Notes under the pieces: generated by a model
Seen by the model: the letters and a program-made list of their open reading frames with translations, nothing else
Database searches by the model: none
Told to the model about the DNA's origin: nothing
Program-made: the position numbers and the translations under genes
Assembly (NCBI GenBank): GCA_963555755.3
Contig: OY820905.2
Span: 1,600,001-1,664,000 of the forward strand
DNA length: 64,000 bases
Reading direction: 5' to 3'
From: Nitrospirales bacterium
GTDB lineage: Bacteria > Nitrospirota > Nitrospiria > Nitrospirales > UBA8639
Shown here: positions 52,900 through 63,555 of the stretch, piece after piece
Layout of the letters: each line of letters opens with the position of its first letter
How positions within the stretch are numbered: position 1 is the stretch's first letter

Positions 52900-54183
52900 A
52901 TGAAGATAGCCCTCCTGTCATTTGAATATCCTGAAGAAACCGGGTTCGGCGGGATCGGTACCTATACCTGGTACCAGGCTCGCGCCTTAGTCAAGCTGGG
53001 GCACGAAGTGCATGTGTTGGCTGGGGCCACCGAGCCAACCGCACTTCGGATGGAAGCACATGATGGGGTTTTTGTGCACCGATATCGGAGCCATGGCTTC
53101 TTTCATCATTTTCCGACACTGCTGAATACGAGGAAATTGCTGAATAAAAACAAATTGGGGTGGACCAGTAATCGTGCAGAAAATGCCCTCAATATGTATC
53201 AGGCCTGGAAGGTGTTAGACCGTGAGCATCATTTTGATGTTGTGGAAATGCCGGAATGCGGGGCCGACGGTGCACTGATTAATCACATCACCTCGGCACG
53301 TACGATTATGAAGTTTCACTCACCGTCGCGCCTGATCATGCCACATTATGACGTGACGGCAACCGACATCGCGCTCTGTTCCTGGTTAGAGAAAATCGGG
53401 ATGTGGGGAGCCCAGGCATTTTCTTCTTGTTCGAAATTCCTTGCCGATGAAGCGCACAAGAAACTTGGGATTCGAGGTCCGATTCAGGTTATTCCCAATG
53501 GGATCGACCTGCAGTTATTCGACACGTCCGCGCGTGTGAATATTAGAAAGAAGTTCGGATTGTCCCCCACTCGGCTAATTATCTTTTTCTCAGGTCGAAT
53601 GGAACCTCGTAAGGGAATTCATCTGTGTAAGGATATTGCCACCTCAATTTTGGAACGATATGAGGTGGACTTTGTGTTTGCCGGACAGGACTTATTCAAT
53701 TACATGTCGGACACATTGCTTCCCTACCTCAAGGGGAGAACGTTGAAAGGGGCCGTGCATTACCTGGGAAAGCTTAACCTCACTGATGTTCGTTCCTTTC
53801 TCACTCAAGCTGATATTTTTCTCCTTCCAAGTCTTTGGGAGAACTGTCCTTATTCATGTCTTGAAGCCATGGCGTCTGGATGTGCCATTGTATGCTCGAA
53901 TCAGGGAGGCCTGCCTGAATTGATTCAGGACGGGCAGAATGGACTCCTCACGCCCAACGAACATGCCCCCTCATATATCGCCAATCTTGAACGATTGATT
54001 GAAGACCAACCCCTTCGTGAACGTTTAGGGGTGGCGGCCAGAAACACGATCGAGGACCGGTACACGGATATACATATTGCCCGCCAGTCTTTGGCGTATT
54101 ACGCAAAGGGTGTATGTCAGGGAATGCCTACCGCGGGAGAGGCCATCGGGACAGATCGTTTAGGAGAAAAGTGTGCAGAATAA
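52900..54183 (+). CDS. Glycosyltransferase family 4
   Basis: EYP..GGIGTY, IPNGID, GRMEPRKG, PSLWENCPYSCLEAMASG. Confidence 0.93.
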   Translation: MKIALLSFEYPEETGFGGIGTYTWYQARALVKLGHEVHVLAGATEPTALRMEAHDGVFVHRYRSHGFFHHFPTLLNTRKLLNKNKLGWTSNRAENALNMYQAWKVLDREHHFDVVEMPECGADGALINHITSARTIMKFHSPSRLIMPHYDVTATDIALCSWLEKIGMWGAQAFSSCSKFLADEAHKKLGIRGPIQVIPNGIDLQLFDTSARVNIRKKFGLSPTRLIIFFSGRMEPRKGIHLCKDIATSILERYEVDFVFAGQDLFNYMSDTLLPYLKGRTLKGAVHYLGKLNLTDVRSFLTQADIFLLPSLWENCPYSCLEAMASGCAIVCSNQGGLPELIQDGQNGLLTPNEHAPSYIANLERLIEDQPLRERLGVAARNTIEDRYTDIHIARQSLAYYAKGVCQGMPTAGEAIGTDRLGEKCAE

Positions 54184-54242
54184 TGTGGGGGCCATAGCTC
54201 GTTCAATCGTGAGCGAAGAACGAAGACTGAAAGGGTTTTGAA

Positions 54243-57200
54243 ATGGGCAGGCTGTTCATCGAAAAAGAAAATGTAATTCAGCTCGACAAAGAACAGTATG
54301 ACCTTTGGCGGAGCGATGACTTCTCTGGAAAGACTGTGTGCCATGCACCTTTTGTTTCCCTAGATGTTCGTGAATCTGGCGCGGTGCATGCATGCCCCTA
54401 TTCCGAGATGGATTTGGGCCACGTAGGTGGTCAGCCCCTTGAATCGATCTGGAATGGTCCAGGTTTTGGTGAAGTGCGTCACCGCTTTCGGGAATATCGT
54501 GTCAAGGTTGATGAATGTGGTGGTTGTGTCAATTCTTGGAAGGAGGGCGTACCAGGGAAAAGCCCGGCTCTCGTAGAGTTCGATAGCATAAAACCTGCTC
54601 GATGGGGATCTCCGTATGTTCCTCAAATTCTCAGACTCGATCTGCGCGCACCGCTTTCGGCAATGGATACCAAGACGGTGTTTCGATGGTTACCACGGCT
54701 CGCTCGGCTGGATTTGGGTATCTCCTGGCCTCTACCAACCGATTCACTTTTTCGGACACTCATAGATCGGGCGGCCACGCTTCCTGACGGCAAGCGTCCG
54801 AAGATCACATTACAGGTGTTCGAAAACATTCCAGAAGCCAATAACATTCCCCACGGGATTGCGGTCGTCAGACTCAACCTTGCCATGAATGATGAGGATC
54901 TTTCTTCTCATCAGGGTGAGGTATTGGAGGAGCTGGCCCGATCTCTTCAAGCTCGAGGTGCGGAGCTTGTCCTTGAGGTTTCCGTCCATCAGGGAAACTG
55001 GATTCATCTTCGATCCTGGCTCTTGCGCGCGCACACTCTCGGAATCACGCTTGTACCGTTGCTAGCTCCGACATCAGAGAACGCATCACTTGCCACCCTT
55101 GATGGTGATGCACTGGCTTGCCTCCACAGCATCTTTGAGCAGTGGCTGTCTGAACACCCACACGCCACCCAGCTAGGGTCAGCATCCCCAACAAGACATG
55201 CCATGCTTGATCAACTCCGACGGTGGCAGCATGAAGCTGCTGGGCGTCCTCCGCAGCGAACCGTTCTCTCCTTTCCTGGTCCTGACCATTCCATTGTTCA
55301 GGATGAAACAGCGTTGGAACCGTTTCTGGCCGGTTTACTCCGGATCTATTCTGACTTTTCCATCGAGCGTTGGCTGATGGGGCTCACTGAAAGTAAGGGA
55401 TTTGTCGCGAAGGCCCGGCGCCGGCGTTCGTTCCGTCTCGCGGCATGGTGGCTTGGCTGTGTGTTCGACCGTGCCGAGGTTCTTCCACTCCTAGGTCGGG
55501 TCTTTCGGACTCATGAGGAGGCTCGCCGCCTCATTGACAAAGATCGGAACGCTCTGGCTGGTACGATTTGGGAAAGTTGGTTCGATGGCTGGACGAGGCA
55601 GCTATACCTTAATTCCCTGCAGCCGCGGGGACGACGCTTTGATGTTGGCGCACCCCGGCGAGAAACTGCGGAAGAAACTGCTCAGATCACCGTGATCATG
55701 GCCTCCTACAATCACCAGGCCTTTATCGGGAAGGCAATCCGTAGTGTCCTGGCCCAGACACGAACCGACTTTCGTCTACTTATAGTCGACGATGCATCAG
55801 TGGATGAAACAGTTAAACAGGCTGAAAAAATCCAGGATCCTCGAATCCTCATTCGTCGAAACTCGAAAAACCTAAGACACGGCCCAAACTTGGCACGGGC
55901 ATTGGAGAACGTCGAAACAGAATATGTGGCCTTCATGGACGCCGATGACCTCTTCCATCCAAAACGTTTAGAACACTGTCTTTCCGCCTTGGAAGAAACT
56001 CCTCGAGGAGCTCTGGTCGCGACGGGCTTGGCTGTAGTCGACAAGGAAGGCCGGTTCTGCTCAACAGCCGACTCCTCCCCAGTCTTTGAGGGTTTGAAGA
56101 ATTATAATTGGTTGCGTTTCTATGAAGAGCAGGCCCGCCTGACCAAAACTCCTGCCGATTTTCTGGGAAACCTCTTGGAAGGGAATTCGCTAATTACGAC
56201 TTCAAATCTCGTGGCACGTACGGAGTTTCTCAGGCGCCACCAAAGTCAGTGGCAGCGTCTCGAGTTCTGCGTAGACTGGCAGCTTTTTTTGGCTGCGGCC
56301 TTAGAAAACAGATTGTGCTATGTGCCAGAAACCTTGTTGGGATACAGGCTCCACCCATCCAATTTTAAGTGGACCCACTGTTTCGATAAGGGGTCCAACT
56401 GGCACTACTACTTGGAGTACAACCAGGTTGTCGCAAGGACACTGGGTCATCTACTCCAAAGGTCCGACGGGTCGGATGCCAAGGGATTCACCACTGTTTT
56501 GAGTGCCCTGACTGACCACTTGAACTCAAACACGTCCATGGATTGGCCTGGGGTGGTATTAGGGTTCCTGTTGGAACGTTTGGGCTTGTCACCCCGTGAC
56601 CTAAAAAGCGATTCAGTGGCCGACCGTGTCCAAGCACTGATTCAAGCCCGAGACTTTCGTTTGCAGACAAGGTTTTGGCCCCCAGATTACGTGGACGATA
56701 TCGCGGAGCAGTACCGGATGCGAGGAGAAGCACCGTTCCTCCGTTCCCTACGGAACAAGTATGAAGGGCTTCAGAACAGTCATGACCGACTTCAAGGCGA
56801 GGTCACAGGACTGCTGTTTGATCGTGCCAATGCTAAAAAATGGTGGCGCAAGGCCGAGCAGGAGCGTGACCAGGCCCTGGCAATACAGCAAGACCTGCAG
56901 CACCAACTCGGAGGACTGCAGGGGGAGCACGACCAGGCCCTTACGAAACAACAGGGCTTGTCTTGCCAAATTGGGGAACTGCAAGGAGAGATCGAGAAGG
57001 TCCGTGCCTCATGGAAATGCGTGGAGAATGAGCGGGATCAAGCCATACATGACAAGGGCGAACTCTTTCAAGAAATTGGCCTGTCCAAGAAGAAACTCGA
57101 CTGTGTGCATACGCAGTTAGAAGAACGTACCACCGAACGCAATGCCTTATTACATTCCCTGGAATATCGAGGCGGGCAACTCTTGATCCAAGGGTTCCAT

Positions 57201-58637
57201 TGCCGTCCATTGATTCGAGGGGTTGAGTGGATGACCGTGAAGATTCAACGGCATCTGGCTTTCTTGGGCTTAACCCTCGCACGATGGTCATCAGGATGGC
57301 GTCAGGAGAGCTCTAGGGTGTTGGCGACAGTGTGTGCGGCCTTTCCTATTTATTCGCAGACTTTTGTGCATCAGGAACTTTCACAGTTAGCGAAACGTGG
57401 GTTTCAGATACGGCTGATCTATTCATCCCTGCAGTCCAGGGGAAATCTTCATCACCAATTCGACTCTCTCTGGAAACATAAAAGCCGTCTTTCAATATAT
57501 GACAAAATCCATGAACAAGATTTTGACCGATTTCGAAATCAGTTTCCTGAGAAGGTTGAACGACTCATTCATATGGTCGGTGATTCATCCGGTGTCACCC
57601 GAGAGAAATTAATTCGACATCCACATTTCTTGCAGGCCTTTTCGTTTACGCGAATGGCTGAGGTGTACCGTCCTCACTACTTGCATTCGTATTTCTTTTA
57701 TGACCGGTCCTTTATGGCTCTCGTGGCTGGCTATATACTCGATATTCCGCGAGGCATCAGTTGTTATGCCGATCATGTCCTGGATGACTACAAACTCAAG
57801 GTGGTGCCGCTGCACCTTGAATTGTGTGATACGGTGATTGCCACATCTGAACGCATCAAAGCTGAACTCCTTGCGATGGCCCCAAAGACCGATCCGACAC
57901 GTATTGTGGTGAAACCTAATGCCATTGATACGACATGGTTTCCCAGGATTGAATGCCGTGAACCACAAACTGATGAGCCATTCCGGCTCGTATGTGTAAA
58001 TCGAATCGAACCCAAGAAGGGGTTGCTCTATCTCGTCGAAGCTATCCACTCTCTCCGTCAGCGAGGACATCATGTCGAGTTGCATGTGATCGGCACGGCA
58101 GATACAGGGATTCAATCCAGCCAAGATTATAAACACAAGTTAGATGAATGCATCTCTGATTATAATTTGTGGGGTGTGGTTCATCTAGAGGGGCAACAAA
58201 ATCAGGAAGGTGTTCTTCGATTTCTCAACATGTCTCAGGTATTTATTGCCCCATTTATTGAAACAGACTACGGAGATAAAGATGGGATCCCCACAGCCCT
58301 GTTGGAAGCCATGGCCACCGGGTTGCCGGTCGTGGCTACCGATGCAGGTTCCATGGGGGAAGTGATCCAACATGATCGAGAAGGAGACGTCGTTCCACAA
58401 CGTGATAGTCAGGCCCTCGCCGATTCTATTGCACGACTTCTTACTGATCCACAGCGCAGGAAGAAATTGGGACAGGCAGCCGCGGATACTGTGCGGCAGC
58501 GTTTTGATGTGAGCGTATGCGAACACCGCTTTCATGATCGTGTTTTGTCGGTCATTGAATCCAGAGGTCCTAATGGAATGTCGCGGCAATCCCCTGGTTT
58601 CGATTTCCTGCCGAGGTGGATCTCTCGAGTGTCCTAG
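54243..58637 (+). CDS. Multidomain protein: SPASM/Twitch-like Fe-S domain + unknown region + GT2 + coiled coil + GT4
   Basis: CHAPF..G.V.AC...LG......IWNG...R..C..C; TVIMASYN..VDDAS.D..FMDADD; heptad-rich segment; RIEPKKG..DGIPTALLEAMATG. Confidence 0.85.
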   Translation: MGRLFIEKENVIQLDKEQYDLWRSDDFSGKTVCHAPFVSLDVRESGAVHACPYSEMDLGHVGGQPLESIWNGPGFGEVRHRFREYRVKVDECGGCVNSWKEGVPGKSPALVEFDSIKPARWGSPYVPQILRLDLRAPLSAMDTKTVFRWLPRLARLDLGISWPLPTDSLFRTLIDRAATLPDGKRPKITLQVFENIPEANNIPHGIAVVRLNLAMNDEDLSSHQGEVLEELARSLQARGAELVLEVSVHQGNWIHLRSWLLRAHTLGITLVPLLAPTSENASLATLDGDALACLHSIFEQWLSEHPHATQLGSASPTRHAMLDQLRRWQHEAAGRPPQRTVLSFPGPDHSIVQDETALEPFLAGLLRIYSDFSIERWLMGLTESKGFVAKARRRRSFRLAAWWLGCVFDRAEVLPLLGRVFRTHEEARRLIDKDRNALAGTIWESWFDGWTRQLYLNSLQPRGRRFDVGAPRRETAEETAQITVIMASYNHQAFIGKAIRSVLAQTRTDFRLLIVDDASVDETVKQAEKIQDPRILIRRNSKNLRHGPNLARALENVETEYVAFMDADDLFHPKRLEHCLSALEETPRGALVATGLAVVDKEGRFCSTADSSPVFEGLKNYNWLRFYEEQARLTKTPADFLGNLLEGNSLITTSNLVARTEFLRRHQSQWQRLEFCVDWQLFLAAALENRLCYVPETLLGYRLHPSNFKWTHCFDKGSNWHYYLEYNQVVARTLGHLLQRSDGSDAKGFTTVLSALTDHLNSNTSMDWPGVVLGFLLERLGLSPRDLKSDSVADRVQALIQARDFRLQTRFWPPDYVDDIAEQYRMRGEAPFLRSLRNKYEGLQNSHDRLQGEVTGLLFDRANAKKWWRKAEQERDQALAIQQDLQHQLGGLQGEHDQALTKQQGLSCQIGELQGEIEKVRASWKCVENERDQAIHDKGELFQEIGLSKKKLDCVHTQLEERTTERNALLHSLEYRGGQLLIQGFHCRPLIRGVEWMTVKIQRHLAFLGLTLARWSSGWRQESSRVLATVCAAFPIYSQTFVHQELSQLAKRGFQIRLIYSSLQSRGNLHHQFDSLWKHKSRLSIYDKIHEQDFDRFRNQFPEKVERLIHMVGDSSGVTREKLIRHPHFLQAFSFTRMAEVYRPHYLHSYFFYDRSFMALVAGYILDIPRGISCYADHVLDDYKLKVVPLHLELCDTVIATSERIKAELLAMAPKTDPTRIVVKPNAIDTTWFPRIECREPQTDEPFRLVCVNRIEPKKGLLYLVEAIHSLRQRGHHVELHVIGTADTGIQSSQDYKHKLDECISDYNLWGVVHLEGQQNQEGVLRFLNMSQVFIAPFIETDYGDKDGIPTALLEAMATGLPVVATDAGSMGEVIQHDREGDVVPQRDSQALADSIARLLTDPQRRKKLGQAAADTVRQRFDVSVCEHRFHDRVLSVIESRGPNGMSRQSPGFDFLPRWISRVS

Positions 58638-58639
58638 CC

Positions 58640-59461
58640 ATGATGCACGCCGTTACGGAAACCCTATCTCATCCTTCGAAGACATTCCAAGGACTCCAGA
58701 AACCTGCCCTTGAGTGTCGGAATGTTGTGAAGGAGTATTTTTTATATCAGCAACGAACCACCTCTCTTCGCGAGTGGGTCATTCGAACCCTGTTGCGTCA
58801 TCCAATCCCTGCCGGGCAGTCGTTTTTTACGCTCACGAATTTCAATATGACAGTGTCCAAGGGTGAAAGTGTGGCGCTCATTGGGGATAACGGGTCGGGA
58901 AAAAGTACGGCTTTGCGCCTCATGGCTGGCATCTATCAACCGACGAGCGGATCCATTCACACGTTTGGACGGGTTGGTGTTGTCATGGAACTGGGTGCAG
59001 GCTTTCATATGGAACTCACCGGGGCAGAAAACGTGGAAATTTATGCGGTCTTAATGGGGCTGACTCGAGACCAGTTCGCCTTTCGCTTTCAAGATATCAT
59101 CGAATTCTCGGAACTGAGGGATTACGTGAACATTCCGGTGAAATATTATTCCTCAGGCATGCAGGCTCGATTAGCGTTTTCAGTCGCCATCTGTATCACT
59201 CCAGAAATTTTATTATTGGACGAAGTCTTAGCGGTTGGAGATCAAGGTTTCAGAGAAAAGTGTCTGGATCGTTTGCGAACCTATCATTCAGAAGGTGGAA
59301 CGTTGGTCATCGCCTCCCACAGCTTTGAAATAATTAGGGAGTTATGTTCAAGGGCCGTGTGGCTGGAACAGGGCGTGATCCAAATGGATGGGGAGATTAA
59401 CGAGGTACTTGATGTCTATCAATCGGCAAGCAAGTCACGGATACTGGCCGGCAAAATATAG
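58640..59461 (+). CDS. wzt: Polysaccharide ABC transporter ATP-binding protein, without C-terminal carbohydrate-binding domain
   Basis: GDNGSGKST, YSSGMQARLAF, LLLDEVLAVGD, ASH. Confidence 0.93.
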   Translation: MMHAVTETLSHPSKTFQGLQKPALECRNVVKEYFLYQQRTTSLREWVIRTLLRHPIPAGQSFFTLTNFNMTVSKGESVALIGDNGSGKSTALRLMAGIYQPTSGSIHTFGRVGVVMELGAGFHMELTGAENVEIYAVLMGLTRDQFAFRFQDIIEFSELRDYVNIPVKYYSSGMQARLAFSVAICITPEILLLDEVLAVGDQGFREKCLDRLRTYHSEGGTLVIASHSFEIIRELCSRAVWLEQGVIQMDGEINEVLDVYQSASKSRILAGKI

Positions 59462-59539
59462 GAACAATCGAAAGGTTAAGGATGGTGTGAGACATTGGTG
59501 CAGGGGTTTGCCCCCCAAGATGTTGGAGTTGTATTCCCC

Positions 59540-60910
59540 ATGAACATTCTTCAAGTGATCCACTCGTTCCCTCCCCATAGTCTTGGAGGGTCAGAAATTT
59601 ATACCTACAACCTGTCACGAGAATTGGCGAAGTCTCACGAGATCATGGTTTTTCATGCCATCAACGATCCGAAGGCCGAAGAATATGACATAAAGGTTGG
59701 TTCATGCGATGGCTTCAAAGTTTCGACTATTAACAATACTTTTAAACAGTGCACGTCGTTTGAAACACATTATCGCAATGAGATGATTGCCAAAAAATTT
59801 GGTGAACTACTCGACGAAGTCACCCCCGATATCGTGCACATCGGGCATCTCATTGACCTTTCTGTCACGTTGGTGGACGAAGCAAAGAAGAGAAGCATCC
59901 CTGTCGTATTGACGTTGCATGATTTTTGGTTGTTCTGTCCACTCGGACGACTCCTCAAGGCCGATCTCACGTTGTGCCAGGGACCTCAAATGTCAAAATG
60001 TGCCAAGTGCCTAGCCCCTCAATTGTCTACGACCAAAGGGTTAAGACGTTTGTATCAAGGTATTCAAAAGGTTATTCCAAATTTTAATGAGAGAATAGGG
60101 ATTCGGAAGATTCTGAGTGTGTTGTATCGTCAATATGCCAAAGTCAAAGCTGCTCAAAATAACAATAACTCCGCTCATATTGAAAACAGAGCCTTGGAAA
60201 TCAAGCGAATTTGCTCCTTAGTTGATGTCTTTATTGCTCCGTCAAGGTTTTTGCTGGAGAAATTTGTCGAGTTCGGGATTCCGAAACAGAAACTGGTTTA
60301 TTGTGATTATGGGTTTGATACCTTGCCCTTTAAAGGTGTACCCAAAAAGCACTCGAGGAAAATCCGATTTGGGTATATTGGAACCCTTATTCCTTCCAAA
60401 GGTCTTCATGTTCTCATGGAAGCCTTTCATGCCATTCACGATGAAGATGTCGAGCTTCGTATTCATGGATATTACTCATCCTTCCATCTTGGCTTTGAAG
60501 ACTATCCCAATTCCCTTCGTGCCATGTCCTCAAAACATAATGTGTACTGGGGTGGGAAGTACGACAATACCGATGTGGCCAAATTATTGTCTGAGATCGA
60601 TGTCTTGGTGGTTCCCTCGATTTGGTATGAGAATTCGCCGTTAACGATTCATGAAGCGTTTTTGGCAGGAGTCCCTGTCATTACCTCAAATATCGGTGGT
60701 ATGGCAGAACTAGTGGAAGATGGAGTGAATGGTCTTCATTTTCAGATGGGGAGTGCAGGGGATCTGGCCAGGCAATTACAGCGAGTGATTGATGACCCTG
60801 GACTTCTCACCAAGCTAAGACCGAATGGATCATCGGTGACGTCAATTGAAAGCCATGCGCTGAAAATCGAAACAATCTATAGAGGAGTGAATTGCAGGGA
60901 AACCGTTTAG
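59540..60910 (+). CDS. Glycosyltransferase family 4
   Basis: FPP..GGSE.Y, TLHDFWLFCP, PSKG, PSIWYENSPLTIHEA. Confidence 0.93.
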   Translation: MNILQVIHSFPPHSLGGSEIYTYNLSRELAKSHEIMVFHAINDPKAEEYDIKVGSCDGFKVSTINNTFKQCTSFETHYRNEMIAKKFGELLDEVTPDIVHIGHLIDLSVTLVDEAKKRSIPVVLTLHDFWLFCPLGRLLKADLTLCQGPQMSKCAKCLAPQLSTTKGLRRLYQGIQKVIPNFNERIGIRKILSVLYRQYAKVKAAQNNNNSAHIENRALEIKRICSLVDVFIAPSRFLLEKFVEFGIPKQKLVYCDYGFDTLPFKGVPKKHSRKIRFGYIGTLIPSKGLHVLMEAFHAIHDEDVELRIHGYYSSFHLGFEDYPNSLRAMSSKHNVYWGGKYDNTDVAKLLSEIDVLVVPSIWYENSPLTIHEAFLAGVPVITSNIGGMAELVEDGVNGLHFQMGSAGDLARQLQRVIDDPGLLTKLRPNGSSVTSIESHALKIETIYRGVNCRETV

Positions 60911-60941
60911 TTTGAATCTTGCCATTAAAATGAACAAGCGG

Positions 60942-61736
60942 CTACGTACAGGCAGTTCTTGCCACAATTTTTTGCCCAGATAAACCACGTAAAGAGGCGG
61001 ACCGTGAGCTCAAGATAATCGTTTTGTTCGCGGACCAATAGCAGTTGGAGAGGAGGTTGGGGTTGGAGCCACTCTCGAACAGGGCGGTGCATATCTGGTA
61101 CTCGCCTGCGATTTGAAAAACATCCACTGGTTCCGCGAGAATCTTCACCGCCTGAGGAGCTTGATCTTCGCTGAACTCGATGTCAGACCTGAAGGGCACT
61201 GCATATTCCTCAAAGTTCGGAAGAAAATAGATCACGTCATCGGGACTGCGGATGCCGACGAAAAGATCAGCGACCATGGGTTCGCCCTTGTAATGGAAAT
61301 CCAAGTTCACTTCCAGTATGTCGCCGGGCTGCACCACTTTGCGGTTCACCCGAAGCTCGCTCCGCTGCAGTTGTTCCCTTGCCTGGGAATGGGGGTCATG
61401 GGTCCCGGTCGCCTTGAAACTATTTGGACCCTTCATGCGATCGAGGATAAAGTGCTGATCGTCATCACGATAGATGGGGCACCTTGTAGACTGGCACTCT
61501 GGCGGTAGGCGTTGCTCGCTCAGGGCTTGCCGGATCCTCTGCATAATCGGCCCATTCCAGATTTGCTCAAAGGATTCCTCGTTGACACTACCTACCACCG
61601 CACTTGAGAAGCAGCAGAAATTTACGCTGGCATCGGAAAGGATTACTGAGGTGCCCTGCCAGGGTACGTCACATAAGGATTGCCGCAGTTGCGTCGCTAT
61701 CCATAGAACTTGGTTTGGGTTCCCCGCAGCAGTCAT
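60942..61736 (-). CDS. Stand-alone SPASM/Twitch-like domain plus C-terminal beta-sandwich-like domain
   Basis: GGAG RBS; CDVPW...VNFCC...VGSVNEESFEQIWNG...IRQ...PECQSTRCP. No CxxxCxxC. Confidence 0.75.
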   Translation of the reverse strand: MTAAGNPNQVLWIATQLRQSLCDVPWQGTSVILSDASVNFCCFSSAVVGSVNEESFEQIWNGPIMQRIRQALSEQRLPPECQSTRCPIYRDDDQHFILDRMKGPNSFKATGTHDPHSQAREQLQRSELRVNRKVVQPGDILEVNLDFHYKGEPMVADLFVGIRSPDDVIYFLPNFEEYAVPFRSDIEFSEDQAPQAVKILAEPVDVFQIAGEYQICTALFESGSNPNLLSNCYWSANKTIILSSRSASLRGLSGQKIVARTACT

Positions 61737-61783
61737 AAAATCTCCCCCTCCGTAAGTGTTAAACCCTCGTACTTCTATCTAGG

Positions 61784-62710
61784 CTATTTGTGAGCGGTCT
61801 TATATTTTCCAGAGAAAATTGAGAGAATTCGTGGCGCCCATTTAGGATTCTCACATTTAGTACCGGAGTTTTGCACTGACCGCTCTTCCTGGAGCTCCGC
61901 CTCTGTAGGGGGGCCAGGTAACTCGATATTTAGTCCCAAAACCTCCGCTGCCTGGCGGGTCCGCTCGCGCTCACGATTGTATTCCGTACCGAATTTTCTG
62001 GTGCACTCTTCACGGTAATCGAAGATGCCACCAGTTTTCGTCTCGACCTGCCAGTCGAGCCAGTCCCCCTCGTGTAGGTGATAGTATCTGACGCCATCCA
62101 CTTTTAATGCCTTCGCCAAATACATCAGTGGCATCATGTCCTGTACGCTACTCTTGGTAATCACGAAGGAGAGGGTGATCTGGGTCCTATCACGCCGTGC
62201 CTCAAACCGGTCGACGTAGGTTTTAATGTTGCGGACGATGGGCCAGAAGTGCTTGCCGCGGATCCTCAAGAAGGTTTCAGGAGTGGCAGCATCTATGGAA
62301 AAGTTAATCGAAAGATAATTAGGGTAGTTCGCCAAGGCATCGAGATATTTCGGCGTACAGACTGAGCCGTTAGTGTTAAGGGACAGTCCTACCCCAGCCT
62401 CCGCACATCGGCTGACGATATCAAAGAACTCCGGGTCGATCATGAACTCGCTGATGCCATGAAACGCGAGCGCCTCGGATCTTGGGATCAACTCCAGCAA
62501 TTTTTTCCAGGTATCCCCTTCGTTCTTGGTCCTGGGAATCTGGTTGCCAACCCGATGATCGATGCAGTAGACGCACCGAAAGTTACAAATGTTTGATCTT
62601 GCGATCTGCAAGTTTGGAGGGATAGATTTGACGTTGGCAATGCCGTGGGCGAGCTCCCATTGCGCCTGATACCTATTCTTCTGATTAAGTTTGAGTTTGT
62701 GAACTGACAT
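61784..62710 (-). CDS. Radical SAM protein lacking a C-terminal SPASM domain
   Basis: GGAGG RBS; CNFRCVYC, HGISEF, LNTNGS, FSIDAATPETFLRIRG. Confidence 0.9.
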   Translation of the reverse strand: MSVHKLKLNQKNRYQAQWELAHGIANVKSIPPNLQIARSNICNFRCVYCIDHRVGNQIPRTKNEGDTWKKLLELIPRSEALAFHGISEFMIDPEFFDIVSRCAEAGVGLSLNTNGSVCTPKYLDALANYPNYLSINFSIDAATPETFLRIRGKHFWPIVRNIKTYVDRFEARRDRTQITLSFVITKSSVQDMMPLMYLAKALKVDGVRYYHLHEGDWLDWQVETKTGGIFDYREECTRKFGTEYNRERERTRQAAEVLGLNIELPGPPTEAELQEERSVQNSGTKCENPKWAPRILSIFSGKYKTAHK

Positions 62711-62908
62711 CAAGTCTTCCTCCGCCGGTTCGAACGTTTGTCAAAACCTTGAGTGTGCCACAAGGCTGATGGTGTATCGTTACATCACAAAGGATGTTGA
62801 AGCAGGGTGAGACGAACGGAGCGTCGTATCTGGACCGAAATGTTTTGTTGGTAAATTCCCGCATGTCATCGAAAGCATTGCGAACAGATTCTTTCTATTG
62901 AGATAGAT

Positions 62909-63085
62909 GCAAAACCCATGCCACCGGCTTTCTCTCATGGCAATAGAAAAGAACACCAAAAACTATTCATATTAGGCTTGGGTTGGAAGAAGGCCAATCC
63001 AATTCAACCCATGGAACAGTCGGAGGGCTTAGAATCTTTTTCGTTGAGAATTTTGACAAAGTGTCGAGATTTCGACAGGAGACAG
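62909..63085 (-). promoter_or_regulatory. sigma54 promoter cassette C (box GTCGAAATCTCGAC; TGGCATGGGTTTTGC 62923-62909), upstream of the radical SAM pair
   Basis: Reverse complement aligns with cassettes A and B; box to GG distance is 154 bp. Confidence 0.85.
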
Positions 63086-63299
63086 TCTAGCAGAGGGTTG
63101 CCACTGGAAATGGGGAAAAAGAACCCTTTTGGGGCAACCAGGCAATTATCGAAGGAGCAGCTCATCGTCAAGATCCCCAGCTCATGTCCCTATGGAATAA
63201 AACGCCCATTCCCATATTCAAGAAAGAGCAATCCATGTCAAATACATGTCCTCCTTAGTTGAAATTTATGTTAATTTTATTCTCAGTGGAGTTTGAACA

Positions 63300-63555
63300 A
63301 TGTCAAAAAAATGTATTAATAACCGGGATGAGTGGCTTAATTGGGGGGTTGGCACGCCAACAGTTAAAAGGCAAGTATGAGCTAACGGGCCTAAATCGAA
63401 GTGAGGTGCCGGGCGTAAAATGCGTTCAGGCCGATCTGTCTGATCTTGAAGCCATTCGCCCGGCCTTTGAAGGCCAGGATGTGGTCATACATTTGGCGGC
63501 CAAATTAGGGGCCGACTTTTCATGGCAGGAGTTTCAGGACACGAACATCGCCGGC
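63300..63555 (+). pseudogene. N-terminal fragment of an NAD-dependent epimerase/dehydrogenase
   Basis: An extra A in the A7 run after ATG shifts the frame; NVLITGMSGLIGG, ADLSD, DVVIHLAA and TNIAG follow, then homology stops. Confidence 0.7.

Noticed and set aside
60942..62710. RiPP (ranthipeptide/sactipeptide) maturase system
   Set aside because: No precursor peptide, RRE/PqqD domain or peptidase transporter is seen, and the context is glycan biosynthesis.
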